From Methanonatronarchaeales archaeon (GTDB lineage Archaea > Halobacteriota > Methanonatronarchaeia > JAANXF01): DNA of 64,000 nt. Location of the stretch: NCBI GenBank assembly GCA_018263395.1, contig JAANXF010000016.1, positions 3,485 to 67,484 on the forward strand, written 5' to 3'. Below the pieces are notes generated by a model. It worked only from the letters and a program-made list of their open reading frames with translations, was not told the DNA's origin and made no database searches. Positions 49,059 through 58,271 of this stretch are shown here, one piece after another. Positions within the stretch are counted from its first letter, which is position 1, and every line of letters begins with the position of its first letter. The position numbers were made by a program, and so were the translations under genes.

Positions 49059-51027
49059 GCTCCATCTCTACGGGAACACGCTTGAAGCCGGGGATTCCCG
49101 ATTCGGGGTCAACGCTGTCACCGACCAGCCTGTTGACAAGCCCCTCGACGAAGTGGAAGGGGGCAAACACGGTTCCCACGAGGACCCTGTCCGTGACCCT
49201 CGTCACGGCCTCCACGCTGCACCCGTTTGACGACAGACGCACCACGTCCCCGTCCGACACGCCGCGTGACTCGGCGTCGGCGGGGGAGACCTCCACGAAG
49301 GGTGCCTCCACCAGGCCGTACAGCAGCCCGACGCGCCGGGACTGCTCGCCGGTGTTGTAGTGCTCCATGACGCGGCCGGTGGTCAGAACCAGCCCCTCCT
49401 CAAGCCCGGGTGTCCCGACCGGGACGAAGCAGGCCAGTCCGTCCTCCGTCTCGAAGCGGTCACCGAAGAGGTAGCCACCCTCCAGCCCGGTTGGCCACCT
49501 GGTACCGCCCTCCGGCAGGTCGCCGTAACTCTCCGGGTAGAACCCCACCTCGCTAGCCATCTCGCGGTACACCTCGCCCGGCCCCTCGAAGTCGAACCCA
49601 TCGAGGTCCAGGGCACGGGCCAGCCGCGTGACGATGCGCCAGTCCGCCATGGCCTCTCCCGGCGGCTCCACGGCCCCACGCCTTAGCTGCACCCTTCGCT
49701 CGGCGCTCGTGACGGTGCCGCTCCTCTCTGCGAAGGCGGCGGCGGGCAGGAGAGCGTCAGCGAAGCGCGCCGTCTGCGTCGGAAACAGGTCTTGGACGAC
49801 CAGGAGGTCCAGCCTTCCGAGCGCGGCCTCTACGTCGCATCCGTCGGGCTCGCTGACGGCGGGGTTCTCCCCCACGACGTAGAGCGCCTTCAGCTCGCCA
49901 TCCTCGGCCGCTTTGAGCATCTCCACGGCGGTCAACCCCTCCCTTTCCGTGGGCCTGTACCCCGGCAGCGTGTCGGGCAGTGCCCCTACGTCGCACGCCC
50001 CCTGTACGTTGTCCTGTCCCCTCAACGGGTTCACCCCCGTTCCGGGCCTCCCAAAATTTCCGGTGCAGAGCGCGAGGTCGATCAGAGACCTCACGTTGTC
50101 CGTCCCGTTGAGGTGCTGCGTGACGCCCAGACCCAGCAGGATCGCTCCGCTCTCAGCCTCCCCGTAAACGTGCGAGGCCTCCCTGACGGAGCCGGGAGGC
50201 ACCCCGGTGGTATCCGCAGTCTCCTCAGGAGAGGAGCTCTCGACGGAACGGAGCATTTCGCCGAACCCTCTGGTCCTATTCTCGATAAACTCCCTGACGC
50301 CGCTCCTCCGGTGAACCTCCATCTCGTGCAAAAGCACGTGGGCGACCGTCGAGAACAGCACCGCGTCCGTCCCCGGTCTGGGCCTGAGGTGCAGGTCGAC
50401 CTGCTTCGCCGTCCGGGTCTTCCTCGGGTCCACGAGCACCTTGGTCGAACCGGAACGTCTCAGCCTCCTCGCGAGGATGGGGTGCTGCTCCGCAGGGTTG
50501 GCGCCCGCTATGAGCACCGCGTCTGCCTCCTCCATGTCGTCGAACCCGTTGCTCATCGCAGCGGAGCCCAGCATCTCCGTCATCGCGGACATGCTCGGGG
50601 AGTGGCACAGCCGGGCGCACTGGTCCACGTTCCCCGTACCAAATCTCCTGGCGAGCCTCTGCACGAGGAAGTTCTCCTCGTTGGTGCACTTGGCCGAGGC
50701 GAGGAAACCCACCGATTCCGGCCCGTGTGCGTCCCGCACCCTGTTCAGCTCCTCCACGACCGCCCTCAGCGCGAACTCCCAGGAGACCTCGACGAACCTC
50801 TCCTGCACCTTCAGCATGGGGTGCTTCAACCTGTCCTGGTGCCCAAGGAACTCGTGACAGGTCACCCCCTTCATGCAGAGCTGCCCGCCATTAACCGGGT
50901 GTTCGTCCCACCTCTCTACGTTGACCGCCTCCCCGTCCTCCACCAGGAGCTCCACGCCGCACCCGACGCCGCAGAAGGGACAGACCGTCCTCACGGCCGA
51001 AACGTCCCTCTCCGGGCCCCCGCTCAA
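49045..51027 (-). CDS. fdhA: Formate dehydrogenase alpha-subunit-like molybdopterin oxidoreductase (Cys-type)
   Basis: N-terminal Fe-S CPFCGVGCG...GQLCMKG. The active-site region ARLCHSPS has Cys where Sec-containing FDHs carry U. There are MGD-binding domains and a C-terminal MoCo dinucleotide-binding barrel. Confidence 0.75.
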   Translation of the reverse strand: MSGGPERDVSAVRTVCPFCGVGCGVELLVEDGEAVNVERWDEHPVNGGQLCMKGVTCHEFLGHQDRLKHPMLKVQERFVEVSWEFALRAVVEELNRVRDAHGPESVGFLASAKCTNEENFLVQRLARRFGTGNVDQCARLCHSPSMSAMTEMLGSAAMSNGFDDMEEADAVLIAGANPAEQHPILARRLRRSGSTKVLVDPRKTRTAKQVDLHLRPRPGTDAVLFSTVAHVLLHEMEVHRRSGVREFIENRTRGFGEMLRSVESSSPEETADTTGVPPGSVREASHVYGEAESGAILLGLGVTQHLNGTDNVRSLIDLALCTGNFGRPGTGVNPLRGQDNVQGACDVGALPDTLPGYRPTEREGLTAVEMLKAAEDGELKALYVVGENPAVSEPDGCDVEAALGRLDLLVVQDLFPTQTARFADALLPAAAFAERSGTVTSAERRVQLRRGAVEPPGEAMADWRIVTRLARALDLDGFDFEGPGEVYREMASEVGFYPESYGDLPEGGTRWPTGLEGGYLFGDRFETEDGLACFVPVGTPGLEEGLVLTTGRVMEHYNTGEQSRRVGLLYGLVEAPFVEVSPADAESRGVSDGDVVRLSSNGCSVEAVTRVTDRVLVGTVFAPFHFVEGLVNRLVGDSVDPESGIPGFKRVPVEMERVDE

Positions 51028-51767
51028 AGGCCTACCCTCCAGGGATTCGCAAAGACCCTGAACCCGCTCCCGGAGGCGAAGCAGACCAGTCCGACGCGGC
51101 TACCCTCCGCGGCCTCCACGCCGCTGCTTATGGGTGCCGTCTTCGTAACGACGAGGGGCACGCCGCTCCTCGCCGCCTTCATCACCATCCCCGCCGACTG
51201 CCTCCCGGTGGAGAGTACGAAGAGCCGCGAGAGGTCCCTGTCCCCGAGAACGGCCTTCCCGATGACCTTGTCGTACGCGTTATGCCTCGAAACGTCGACG
51301 GCCTTCTCGACCATCTCTCCATCCACGTCCACGAGCGTGGCGGTGTGAGCGGCCCTCGTCCTGTCGTATAGCTCCGAGCGGTAGTGAGGCGTCGCACCTG
51401 TAACGGCCTCCCTGTGGAATACGGTGTCCGCCTCCACCTCAGCGGGTGCACCCTCCCAGCCGATTCCGACACACCCGGAAGAACGCAGCTCGTGCCAGAT
51501 ATCGAGCCTTTCTGCGTCCCTGACCTGGGCCACCACGCGGCCACCTTCGACCTCGAGTGACTCTATCTGGTCCACCGAACCCACGAGGCCCTCACAGACC
51601 ATGTACCCCACGCCGAGCTCCTCGAGCTCGACGGGCGTCGCCATGATGGAGGCAATCCTTCGGCCGTTAACCACGAAATCCACGGAGGCCTCGCGCATGA
51701 CCTCCGCCTTACCGTCACCCGCGCAGTCGCCGTAACCGACGACGCTAAACCGCTCGGTGAACCTCAC
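51024..51767 (-). CDS. fdhD: Formate dehydrogenase accessory sulfurtransferase FdhD
   Basis: GCVGIG...SGRQSAGMVMKAARSGVPLVVTKTAPISSGVE matches the FdhD family. It overlaps the fdhA start. Confidence 0.85.
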   Translation of the reverse strand: MRFTERFSVVGYGDCAGDGKAEVMREASVDFVVNGRRIASIMATPVELEELGVGYMVCEGLVGSVDQIESLEVEGGRVVAQVRDAERLDIWHELRSSGCVGIGWEGAPAEVEADTVFHREAVTGATPHYRSELYDRTRAAHTATLVDVDGEMVEKAVDVSRHNAYDKVIGKAVLGDRDLSRLFVLSTGRQSAGMVMKAARSGVPLVVTKTAPISSGVEAAEGSRVGLVCFASGSGFRVFANPWRVGL

Positions 51768-51908
51768 GGGTAGCTATGTATTCGCCGAGGCAAAACCCTG
51801 TTGAAAAAACGCCAAAAAGCTCGCCGAGCAGCCCCAGTAAGGAGTGCCATCAAAGGTGAAGGGTCCGGGAGGAAAAAGCTGAATGAACGAGGCCACGATA
51901 AAGGACCG

Positions 51909-52901
51909 ATGCTGGCAATAGACATCGGAGCCGGAACCCAAGACCTCCTCTTCGAGGAGGGCGAACCGACCGAGAACTCCACTAAACTGGTCCTGCCATC
52001 ACCCACGGTAACCAGGGCACGGGAGGTGCGCTCCACGGAGGGTGACCTGTTCGTCACCGGGACCACGATGGGGGGAGGACCCGTATCCCGCGCCCTCGTC
52101 CAGCGGTCCAGGACCTCCCGGGTCACGATAACGCCAGAGGCCTCGCGCACGGTCAGGGACGACCCGGCCGAGGTGGAGGCGGCCGGTCTAAAAATCTCGG
52201 AGGAGCGGCCCCGCGGAGCCTCGGAGATCGCTCTGACCGACGTCGAGCCTCGCAGCATGGAGAGGGCGATGTCGACCCTCGGTGTCGATATGCCGCAGCG
52301 TGTAGCGGTGGCGGTCCAGGATCACGGCGTCGCGCCTCCGGGAACGAGCGATCGCGAGTACCGGATGGACCACTTAAGGGAGGAGATGGGTCAGTCTGGA
52401 GTCGCACTCGACAGATTCGCGTTCGAGGTGGAGACAGAGGAGTTCACCCGGCTCTCGGCTGTGATAAGGACCCTGCGTGACTACGGCGCAGATCCCCTCG
52501 TGATGGACACGAAGCTCGCATCCGTGGCCGGCGCGGCTCCAGAAGAGCTTCCCGCTCTGGTCGTGGACGCCGGTAACGGACACACGCTCGCCGCCCTTGT
52601 GGATGGGGAGAGACGTGTCGCCTCCGTGATGGAGCATCACACAGACCGACTCGAACCCGGCAAAGCCGAGGCCTTCATAGCAAAGATGCTCGAGGGGAGC
52701 CTTGAGCACGAAGAGATCTTTGACGACGGAGGACACGGCGCCTGCACCGCGCATACCCCGGAGCCGGTATCATTCGTGAAGACCGGTCCCAGGAGGGGCC
52801 TTCTGGACGGAAGCCGTTATCCGTTCCGGGACGCCCACCCCATTGGCGACATCATGATGACGGGGACCTACGGCCTATTTACCGTGGCCGGAGAGACCTG
52901 A
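51909..52901 (+). CDS. ASKHA-fold (sugar-kinase/Hsp70/actin-like) protein of unknown function, methanogen-type
   Basis: MLAIDIGAGTQDLLF is the DxGxT phosphate-1 motif, and a second G-rich motif VVDAGNGHT follows. It may belong to the H4MPT-linked C1-pathway hypothetical protein family (inference). Confidence 0.45.
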   Translation: MLAIDIGAGTQDLLFEEGEPTENSTKLVLPSPTVTRAREVRSTEGDLFVTGTTMGGGPVSRALVQRSRTSRVTITPEASRTVRDDPAEVEAAGLKISEERPRGASEIALTDVEPRSMERAMSTLGVDMPQRVAVAVQDHGVAPPGTSDREYRMDHLREEMGQSGVALDRFAFEVETEEFTRLSAVIRTLRDYGADPLVMDTKLASVAGAAPEELPALVVDAGNGHTLAALVDGERRVASVMEHHTDRLEPGKAEAFIAKMLEGSLEHEEIFDDGGHGACTAHTPEPVSFVKTGPRRGLLDGSRYPFRDAHPIGDIMMTGTYGLFTVAGET

Positions 52902-53207
52902 GGCTTCCCGCGACCTCAGGAGGTCCCAGACGTCCACGAAAAGGCAGGGGGACCCCCTGACGCCGGGTCTCTCGGCAAGCCCCGGCCTCATCTTCGCTCC
53001 GGCCTGTTGTCCCAGGGCGAAGAACGCCACGAACAGGGGCACGTAAATGAGACCGTAGTCGTTCAGCCTTCTCGCCGCAACTATGAACGGCACCGGCAGG
53101 TGAATCGCGAGGAACCACTGTGCACTCAGCTTGTCGTTGGCCCCCCTCCAGTACCCGAAGGGCACGTTGAAAAGGAATATCAGGAGCGCCAACACAACCG
53201 GCTGCAT
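52875..53207 (-). CDS. Small membrane protein (110 aa), hypothetical
   Basis: MQPVVLALLIFLFNVPFGYW... contains 3 hydrophobic segments. The ATG at 53207 is preferred; the track's 222-aa version has a low-complexity N-terminus. Confidence 0.35.
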   Translation of the reverse strand: MQPVVLALLIFLFNVPFGYWRGANDKLSAQWFLAIHLPVPFIVAARRLNDYGLIYVPLFVAFFALGQQAGAKMRPGLAERPGVRGSPCLFVDVWDLLRSREASGLSGHGK

Positions 53208-53605
53208 TCGCGGGTTTATCTCTCCTGTCGAGGGAAAAATCCTTCGGGGCACAGGCGACCGCCTGGCCAGGCCCCGGTTCAGCAACCCCTCACCGGAGGA
53301 CCGTGGCCTTAACGGGTTCCCTGCCGCGTAATCGAGGAGCGCGGCCGGCGGGCAAAAAAAAAGATGGGGCCCCGGGAGGGGATCAGGGCCGCGTTTGAGA
53401 GCTAGGCCTGGACGGGGTTGCAGCTTTCGGAGGGAGCTGCCCGAAAGTATTAGCCGGGGATAGCCGACGCGGGACCGCGACCCGGTCAGGGCCGCGTGGA
53501 GTACGAAGGGAAGCCCCAATGGTCGATAGCCGCTACCGCTCACCTGGATTACCTTTAGTTAACTTTAAGTTCGCGTGGTTCAAATCCTGTAACGAGGTGA
53601 ATTGG

Positions 53606-54298
53606 ATGGACCCGGACCGAGAGAGGGTGAACGTGCTGGTTACTGGCGCCACCGGAGGAGTGGGGCCCGCCGTAACGGACCGCCTCGTGGAGAGAGGAGC
53701 CGAAGTCGCGGGGACCTACCGAGACGAAAACGAGCTGGAGGACGCGATGCAGAGGACGGAGAACTCTTACGACGTGTACTACCACCACGTCGAGCTGACG
53801 GACGAGGAGCAGGTACGGGAGCTGAGGAGGAGCGTCGAGAGGGATCAGGGTACCCTGGACGGAATAGTCGACCTGGTGGGGGGTTTCTCCCCTGGACGGT
53901 TGGGCGAGACGGGGAGGGATGACTTCAGGGACGCCCTCGACACGCACGCCACCACCGTCTTCCTGGTCCTCAGGAGCTTCTACGACCACCTCGAGGAGAG
54001 CGGCGGAGCCGCCGTCAACTTCTCCTCCAAGAACGCCCTGGACTCACAGTCCGGGGCCCTCGCGTACAACGCGGGAAAGATGGCGGTCGCGTCGGTCACC
54101 GCCTGCGTCGACTCGGAGTGCCGAAACGCCCGCGTGAACGCCGTCGCTCCGGCCACAATCGACACGCCGGCGAACAGGGAGGCGACCCCCGATGCCGACT
54201 TCGACCAGTGGACTTCGCTCGAGCAGGTCGCCGACGTAGTAGAGTTCCTGCTGGACGACAGGTCAAAGGCCGTCAGGGGGGAGATAATCGCCATCTGA
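53606..54298 (+). CDS. Short-chain dehydrogenase/reductase (SDR)
   Basis: VNVLVTGATGGVG is the TGxxxGxG motif. A TATA-like TTTAGTTAACTTTAAG sits 25-40 nt upstream. 230 aa. Confidence 0.75.
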   Translation: MDPDRERVNVLVTGATGGVGPAVTDRLVERGAEVAGTYRDENELEDAMQRTENSYDVYYHHVELTDEEQVRELRRSVERDQGTLDGIVDLVGGFSPGRLGETGRDDFRDALDTHATTVFLVLRSFYDHLEESGGAAVNFSSKNALDSQSGALAYNAGKMAVASVTACVDSECRNARVNAVAPATIDTPANREATPDADFDQWTSLEQVADVVEFLLDDRSKAVRGEIIAI

Positions 54299-54340
54299 GG
54301 GGACAAGGACCAACACCCCCCGTCCCCAAGTAGTCACCGG

Positions 54341-55222
54341 ATGACGCGGCCAGAGGAGTTAGCCCGGGTCACGGCGGTCGACCTCTCGGGAAGGCACTTC
54401 CTCGTCACAGGGTCCACGGACGGAATCGGCAGGGAGGCCGCCCTGGCCCTCGGACGGCTCGGTGCCGACGTAACCGTGCACGGCAGGGACGAGGAGAAGG
54501 GGCGGGGGTTGTTGGAGAGCCTGGAGCAGGTCGGCTCCACGTGCAGGTTCTACGCAGCGGACTTCGAGGAACCGTCGGAGGTCTCGGGCCTAGCCGACGC
54601 GGTGAGGGACGAACCCGGAGACCTCGACGTGCTCGTCAACAACGCGGGGGCGCTCTACCGTGAGCCCCACCTCGCCTGGGGAGGCGTCGAGGCGACCCTC
54701 GCCGTCAACCACCTGGCCCCCTTCCTCCTGACCGAGGAATTGAGGCCGCTTCTCGACAGAAAAGGGGGGCGTATTGTGAACGTCTCGTCCGACATGCACC
54801 GCAGGGCGACGCTGGACCTCGAAGCAGTGGAGTCCCTCGATAATTACTCCGCGACCCGAGCGTACTCGGTTTCCAAGCTGGCCAACGTCATGCACGTCTA
54901 CGCCCTGTCCAGGCGGCTGAGACACGCCACCGCCAACGCCCTTCACCCGGGCATGGTGCCCGGGAGCGGGCTCTACCGAACCATGCCACTGCCCGTCCGG
55001 GCGGTCGTGGGACTCCTCGGGCGCGTCCACGTAGGACCGATCAAGACGGTGGGCGAGGGGGCAGCCACGTCCGTCCACCTCGCCGCGTCCCCCGAGGTGG
55101 AGGACGTGACAGCGGGCTACTTCAACGACTGCACGGAGACGGTCTCCTCGGAGGAGTCCTACGACCGCGAGAAGCAGGATGCGCTCTGGAGCTTCAGCGA
55201 AATGGCGAGACCGGAACCTTGA
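54341..55222 (+). CDS. SDR family oxidoreductase (retinol-dehydrogenase-like)
   Basis: FLVTGSTDGIGREAA, NNAG and YSVSKLANV give the catalytic YxxxK. Confidence 0.8.
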   Translation: MTRPEELARVTAVDLSGRHFLVTGSTDGIGREAALALGRLGADVTVHGRDEEKGRGLLESLEQVGSTCRFYAADFEEPSEVSGLADAVRDEPGDLDVLVNNAGALYREPHLAWGGVEATLAVNHLAPFLLTEELRPLLDRKGGRIVNVSSDMHRRATLDLEAVESLDNYSATRAYSVSKLANVMHVYALSRRLRHATANALHPGMVPGSGLYRTMPLPVRAVVGLLGRVHVGPIKTVGEGAATSVHLAASPEVEDVTAGYFNDCTETVSSEESYDREKQDALWSFSEMARPEP

Positions 55223-55248
55223 TTTTTAATTAAGTACAATTAGGGACG

Positions 55249-56205
55249 ATGGTTGAAGGCTTCCCGAAGTACCTATCCGTGAATTACCGGCACGGAGAGG
55301 AGGAGGGCCCCGGAGACTACCCCTCCCTGCTGGACAAGATGGACAGGTGCGTGGACACCTGCCTGACCGGGCTTGAGCAGTACGAGAACCCGGCCGTGAT
55401 GTGGACCGGCGGCAAGGACTCCACGCTGGTACTCTACGCCGTGAACGAGGTTGCCGAGGAGACGGGACGCGAGAAGCCCACGGCGGTACTGATAGACCAC
55501 TTCCAGCACTTCGAAGAGACCCTGAAGTTCGTCGAGAGATGGGCAGGCAGATTTGGAATCGACGTCCACTACGCTAGAAACGAGGACGTCGCGGCACAGG
55601 CCGAGAAACCGGGTGACGAAATCCGCGTAGAGGACCTCAACGAGCAGAACCGGAGGGAGGTCAGGGCAAAACTCGGGTACGGGGAGGAAACCTTCCCGTT
55701 CCTCCTGGACTCCTACGTGGGCAACCACCTGCTCAAGACGGTGGCACTAAACGACGCCCTCGGGGAGCTGGAGATAGACGGGGTGTTCTCGGGAATCCGC
55801 TGGGACGAGCAGGAGGCCAGGGCCGACGAGACGTTCTTCAGCCCGAGACACGAAACGGAGAAGTACCCGCCCCACGACCGAATCCACCCGATACTCCAGT
55901 TCGAGGAGCGGGCGGTCTGGGACGCCACCTGGAGATACGTGGTGCCCAACCTGGTCGAGGGGTACCCTGAGGGCCACGTGCCTCAGAGCCGCCACGACCT
56001 GCCGGAGGGCGTTGACCTATCGGACCTGCCCGTGAGCCCGAAGTACTTCGAGGGGTTTCGCTCCCTGGGAAGCGAGACCGGCACTGTGCGGGGGGGCGAC
56101 GGGCCCGCCTGGCTGCAGGAGCTCGAAACTACGACCGAGAGGGCCGGAAGGGCCCAGGACAAGGAGGACCTGATGCAGAAGCTCCGGGACCTCGGTTACA
56201 TGTAG
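55249..56205 (+). CDS. PAPS reductase/ATP-sulfurylase-like PP-loop family protein
   Basis: VMWTGGKDSTLVLYAV is the SGGKDS-type PP-loop. 318 aa. Confidence 0.7.
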   Translation: MVEGFPKYLSVNYRHGEEEGPGDYPSLLDKMDRCVDTCLTGLEQYENPAVMWTGGKDSTLVLYAVNEVAEETGREKPTAVLIDHFQHFEETLKFVERWAGRFGIDVHYARNEDVAAQAEKPGDEIRVEDLNEQNRREVRAKLGYGEETFPFLLDSYVGNHLLKTVALNDALGELEIDGVFSGIRWDEQEARADETFFSPRHETEKYPPHDRIHPILQFEERAVWDATWRYVVPNLVEGYPEGHVPQSRHDLPEGVDLSDLPVSPKYFEGFRSLGSETGTVRGGDGPAWLQELETTTERAGRAQDKEDLMQKLRDLGYM

Positions 56206-57150
56206 AACCGATCGAGGCCCTCCGTAACCCCCGACGCATCACCCGCAGCTAAGGAGGCCACAGTTCCGGCACCTGCATCCGGCCATCGTGAACGAGCCGC
56301 ACTTCGGGCACTTCATAACGGGTCCCAATCGGTGTAAAACAGTCCTACCCCTTTCCCGGAGAGAAGTCCGAAAGTACTAACGCCGCACTCAGAGCAACCT
56401 CTCCTATCGGCCTGAGTTGTCTGAGAGGGGACGTTGTCCGGTTCACAGACGGGCCCGTAAGTCCTTCAGCCGAGGGGGCCGGCATCGCGGACCGACGGAG
56501 GTGAAAGACGCCTCATTGGGCACTCTCTTAGGTGTGACATCGACCTTAAGCACTACAACGCTCTTAGCGTCGAGGAGCTGAAGGAAATCTACGACGAGGT
56601 GGGGGTGAGGGTCGGGATATGACAGAGGCCGGACGACGAAGGTTTTTATCCCTCTCCGCCACGATGACCATCTATGAAGTACCCTTTCCTCCTCCCGGAC
56701 GGGCGGCCTGTAAGTGGGTACGTTATCCATCGGTCGTTGAACGAGGGTGAGATGACCATAGAGGAGGGGGCGAATGGGGGAGGATAAAGATGATTGGTAA
56801 ACTTTTGTGTAAAATCGGTATCCATTCATGGAAAAAAGTGGGAGGAAGAGGCCACGTAGATTCCAACATCGTTGAAAGATGGTATCGATGTAGACACTGC
56901 GGAAAACGGAAGAAAAAGAACATCCCCAGATAAGGGAAGATAAAGGACGCGGATGCGGAGGACGATTGACGGCGCGCCCCCCTCCTCTTAATATATCTTA
57001 ATCCAAGTTGTAAATTATTTGACGGTGTGTGTGCCTCCCTCCCCCCTACTTACATTATAATAATTAATATTTATTAATAGGTGGTAACCTTGGACCCCAC
57101 ACACGCGCACCGACAGAAGGTTTACAAATTCTTAGCTTCATGAGTTCAGT

Positions 57151-57420
57151 ATGGTGAGATGGGGATTTGATAAGGATGGTTACGGATCCTGGTATAAACG
57201 TTCCTTACTGTTAGCGCTGTTCCTCGCATTAGTATCTATAGTCTTTTCAATCTCGAATATCGAGAAAGGTGGCCCTGTCCTTTCATTGGCTGTTGCAGTT
57301 CTCGCATTCTCTCTAGCCCTACTGATGGGAAGGGATTTAGCACTCATAAAAAATCAGTACGAAGACATAGACCGAAAACTTGACCAACTAACGAGGTGGA
57401 GGGAAACCGGGAAACGGTGA
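57151..57420 (+). CDS. Small 2-TM membrane protein (89 aa) in AT-rich island
   Basis: MVRWGFDKDGYGSWYKRSLLLALFLALVSIVFSI...LSLAVAVLAFSLALLMG. Its GC is about 40%, against about 61% for the surroundings. Confidence 0.35.
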   Translation: MVRWGFDKDGYGSWYKRSLLLALFLALVSIVFSISNIEKGGPVLSLAVAVLAFSLALLMGRDLALIKNQYEDIDRKLDQLTRWRETGKR

Positions 57421-57466
57421 TAAAAACGGCTCTCCGCCCTTAGTAAGCCCTTCGGCGTCTGAGAAA

Positions 57467-57537
57467 TGCGGCCATCGGGATTCGAACCCGAGCTATCAGC
57501 TTGGAAGGCTGAAGTCCTACCACTAGACCATGGCCGC
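57467..57537 (-). tRNA. tRNA-Gly (TCC)
   Basis: Minus strand: GCGGCCA-TG-GTCT-AGTGGTA-GGAC-T-TCAGC-CTTCCAA-GCTGA-TAG-CTCGG-GTTCGAATC-CCGAT-GGCCGC-A. Confidence 0.85.
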
Positions 57538-58271
57538 TACCGTTTTGTCCGGGCCCCCTCGGTGCCTCGCAGGGTTCCGGGGCCCCCGGGTAACCCAAAG
57601 CCACACAGGTACCGGGATGAGGGGTCCGGTCCCGTCTCCTGTGCGCGCCCCGGGACCCCGACGATGGGGCGACGCCGCTGCCGCGGTAGTGTCGCGGTGA
57701 GTGTTCTTTAGACTTTTCACGGTAACCGGGGGGGCGGCATCCGGGACGGACAGGCTTCGCACGACGGATAATTACGGGGGTTTGAGGCTCAAAGGGGAGG
57801 AGCTTTAGATATTTATTAACAATGGAGATCAACGTAGAGGATGGGTACGTATAGGGACAGGGGGTTAACGAGGCTCTCGTTCGTGCTGAGCGTTCCGGTC
57901 GTGGTCTTCAGGACCTCCGTGTGGGTCGGCCTTCTCGAGTCGCTACTGAGCTCGTCGGGCATGCCCGTGGCCGGCCTGCACACCGAGGGAGGTACTATGT
58001 GGGGCTCTTCGTAGTTTTCCTGATCACCTGGGTGGTGCTGGACGCGGTCCTGGAGGGTGTCTTCTACGTCTACAGAAAGGCCGCGGCATCGTAGCCTCCC
58101 TGTGCTAAAGGCCGGGCAAGCGACGTGCCCGTCAGGACGCCCCCGTACACTATCGGCCCGGAGTTAGGCGTACGGGTCGAACGCGGGACGGTCTCACTCC
58201 CCACCTATTTTTAAAAAAAAACACCCCCATCCCAGGAACGGGCTGAGCGTTTCTGAGGGAGCCACGGGGCC

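Noticed and set aside
49792-51348. 518-aa plus-strand ORF
   Set aside because: It is antisense to fdhA/fdhD, with no motifs and a biased composition.
53575-53600. GGTTCAAATCC, a tRNA T-loop look-alike, upstream of the SDR gene
   Set aside because: No complementary T-stem, acceptor or anticodon arms can be formed around it. It more likely overlaps the SDR promoter.
56280-56288. 9-nt identity (CGGCCATCG) to the 3' end of tRNA-Gly as a possible att direct repeat
   Set aside because: It is too short and degenerates immediately. In a 64-kb GC-rich sequence a 9-mer match is expected by chance. It is kept only as a weak note in the tRNA-Gly island finding.
56461-56619. 52-codon open frame encoding ...DIDLKHYNALSVEELKEIYDEVGVRVGI
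   Set aside because: There is no ATG/GTG/TTG in frame after the preceding stop. It is possibly a gene fragment, not a functional CDS.
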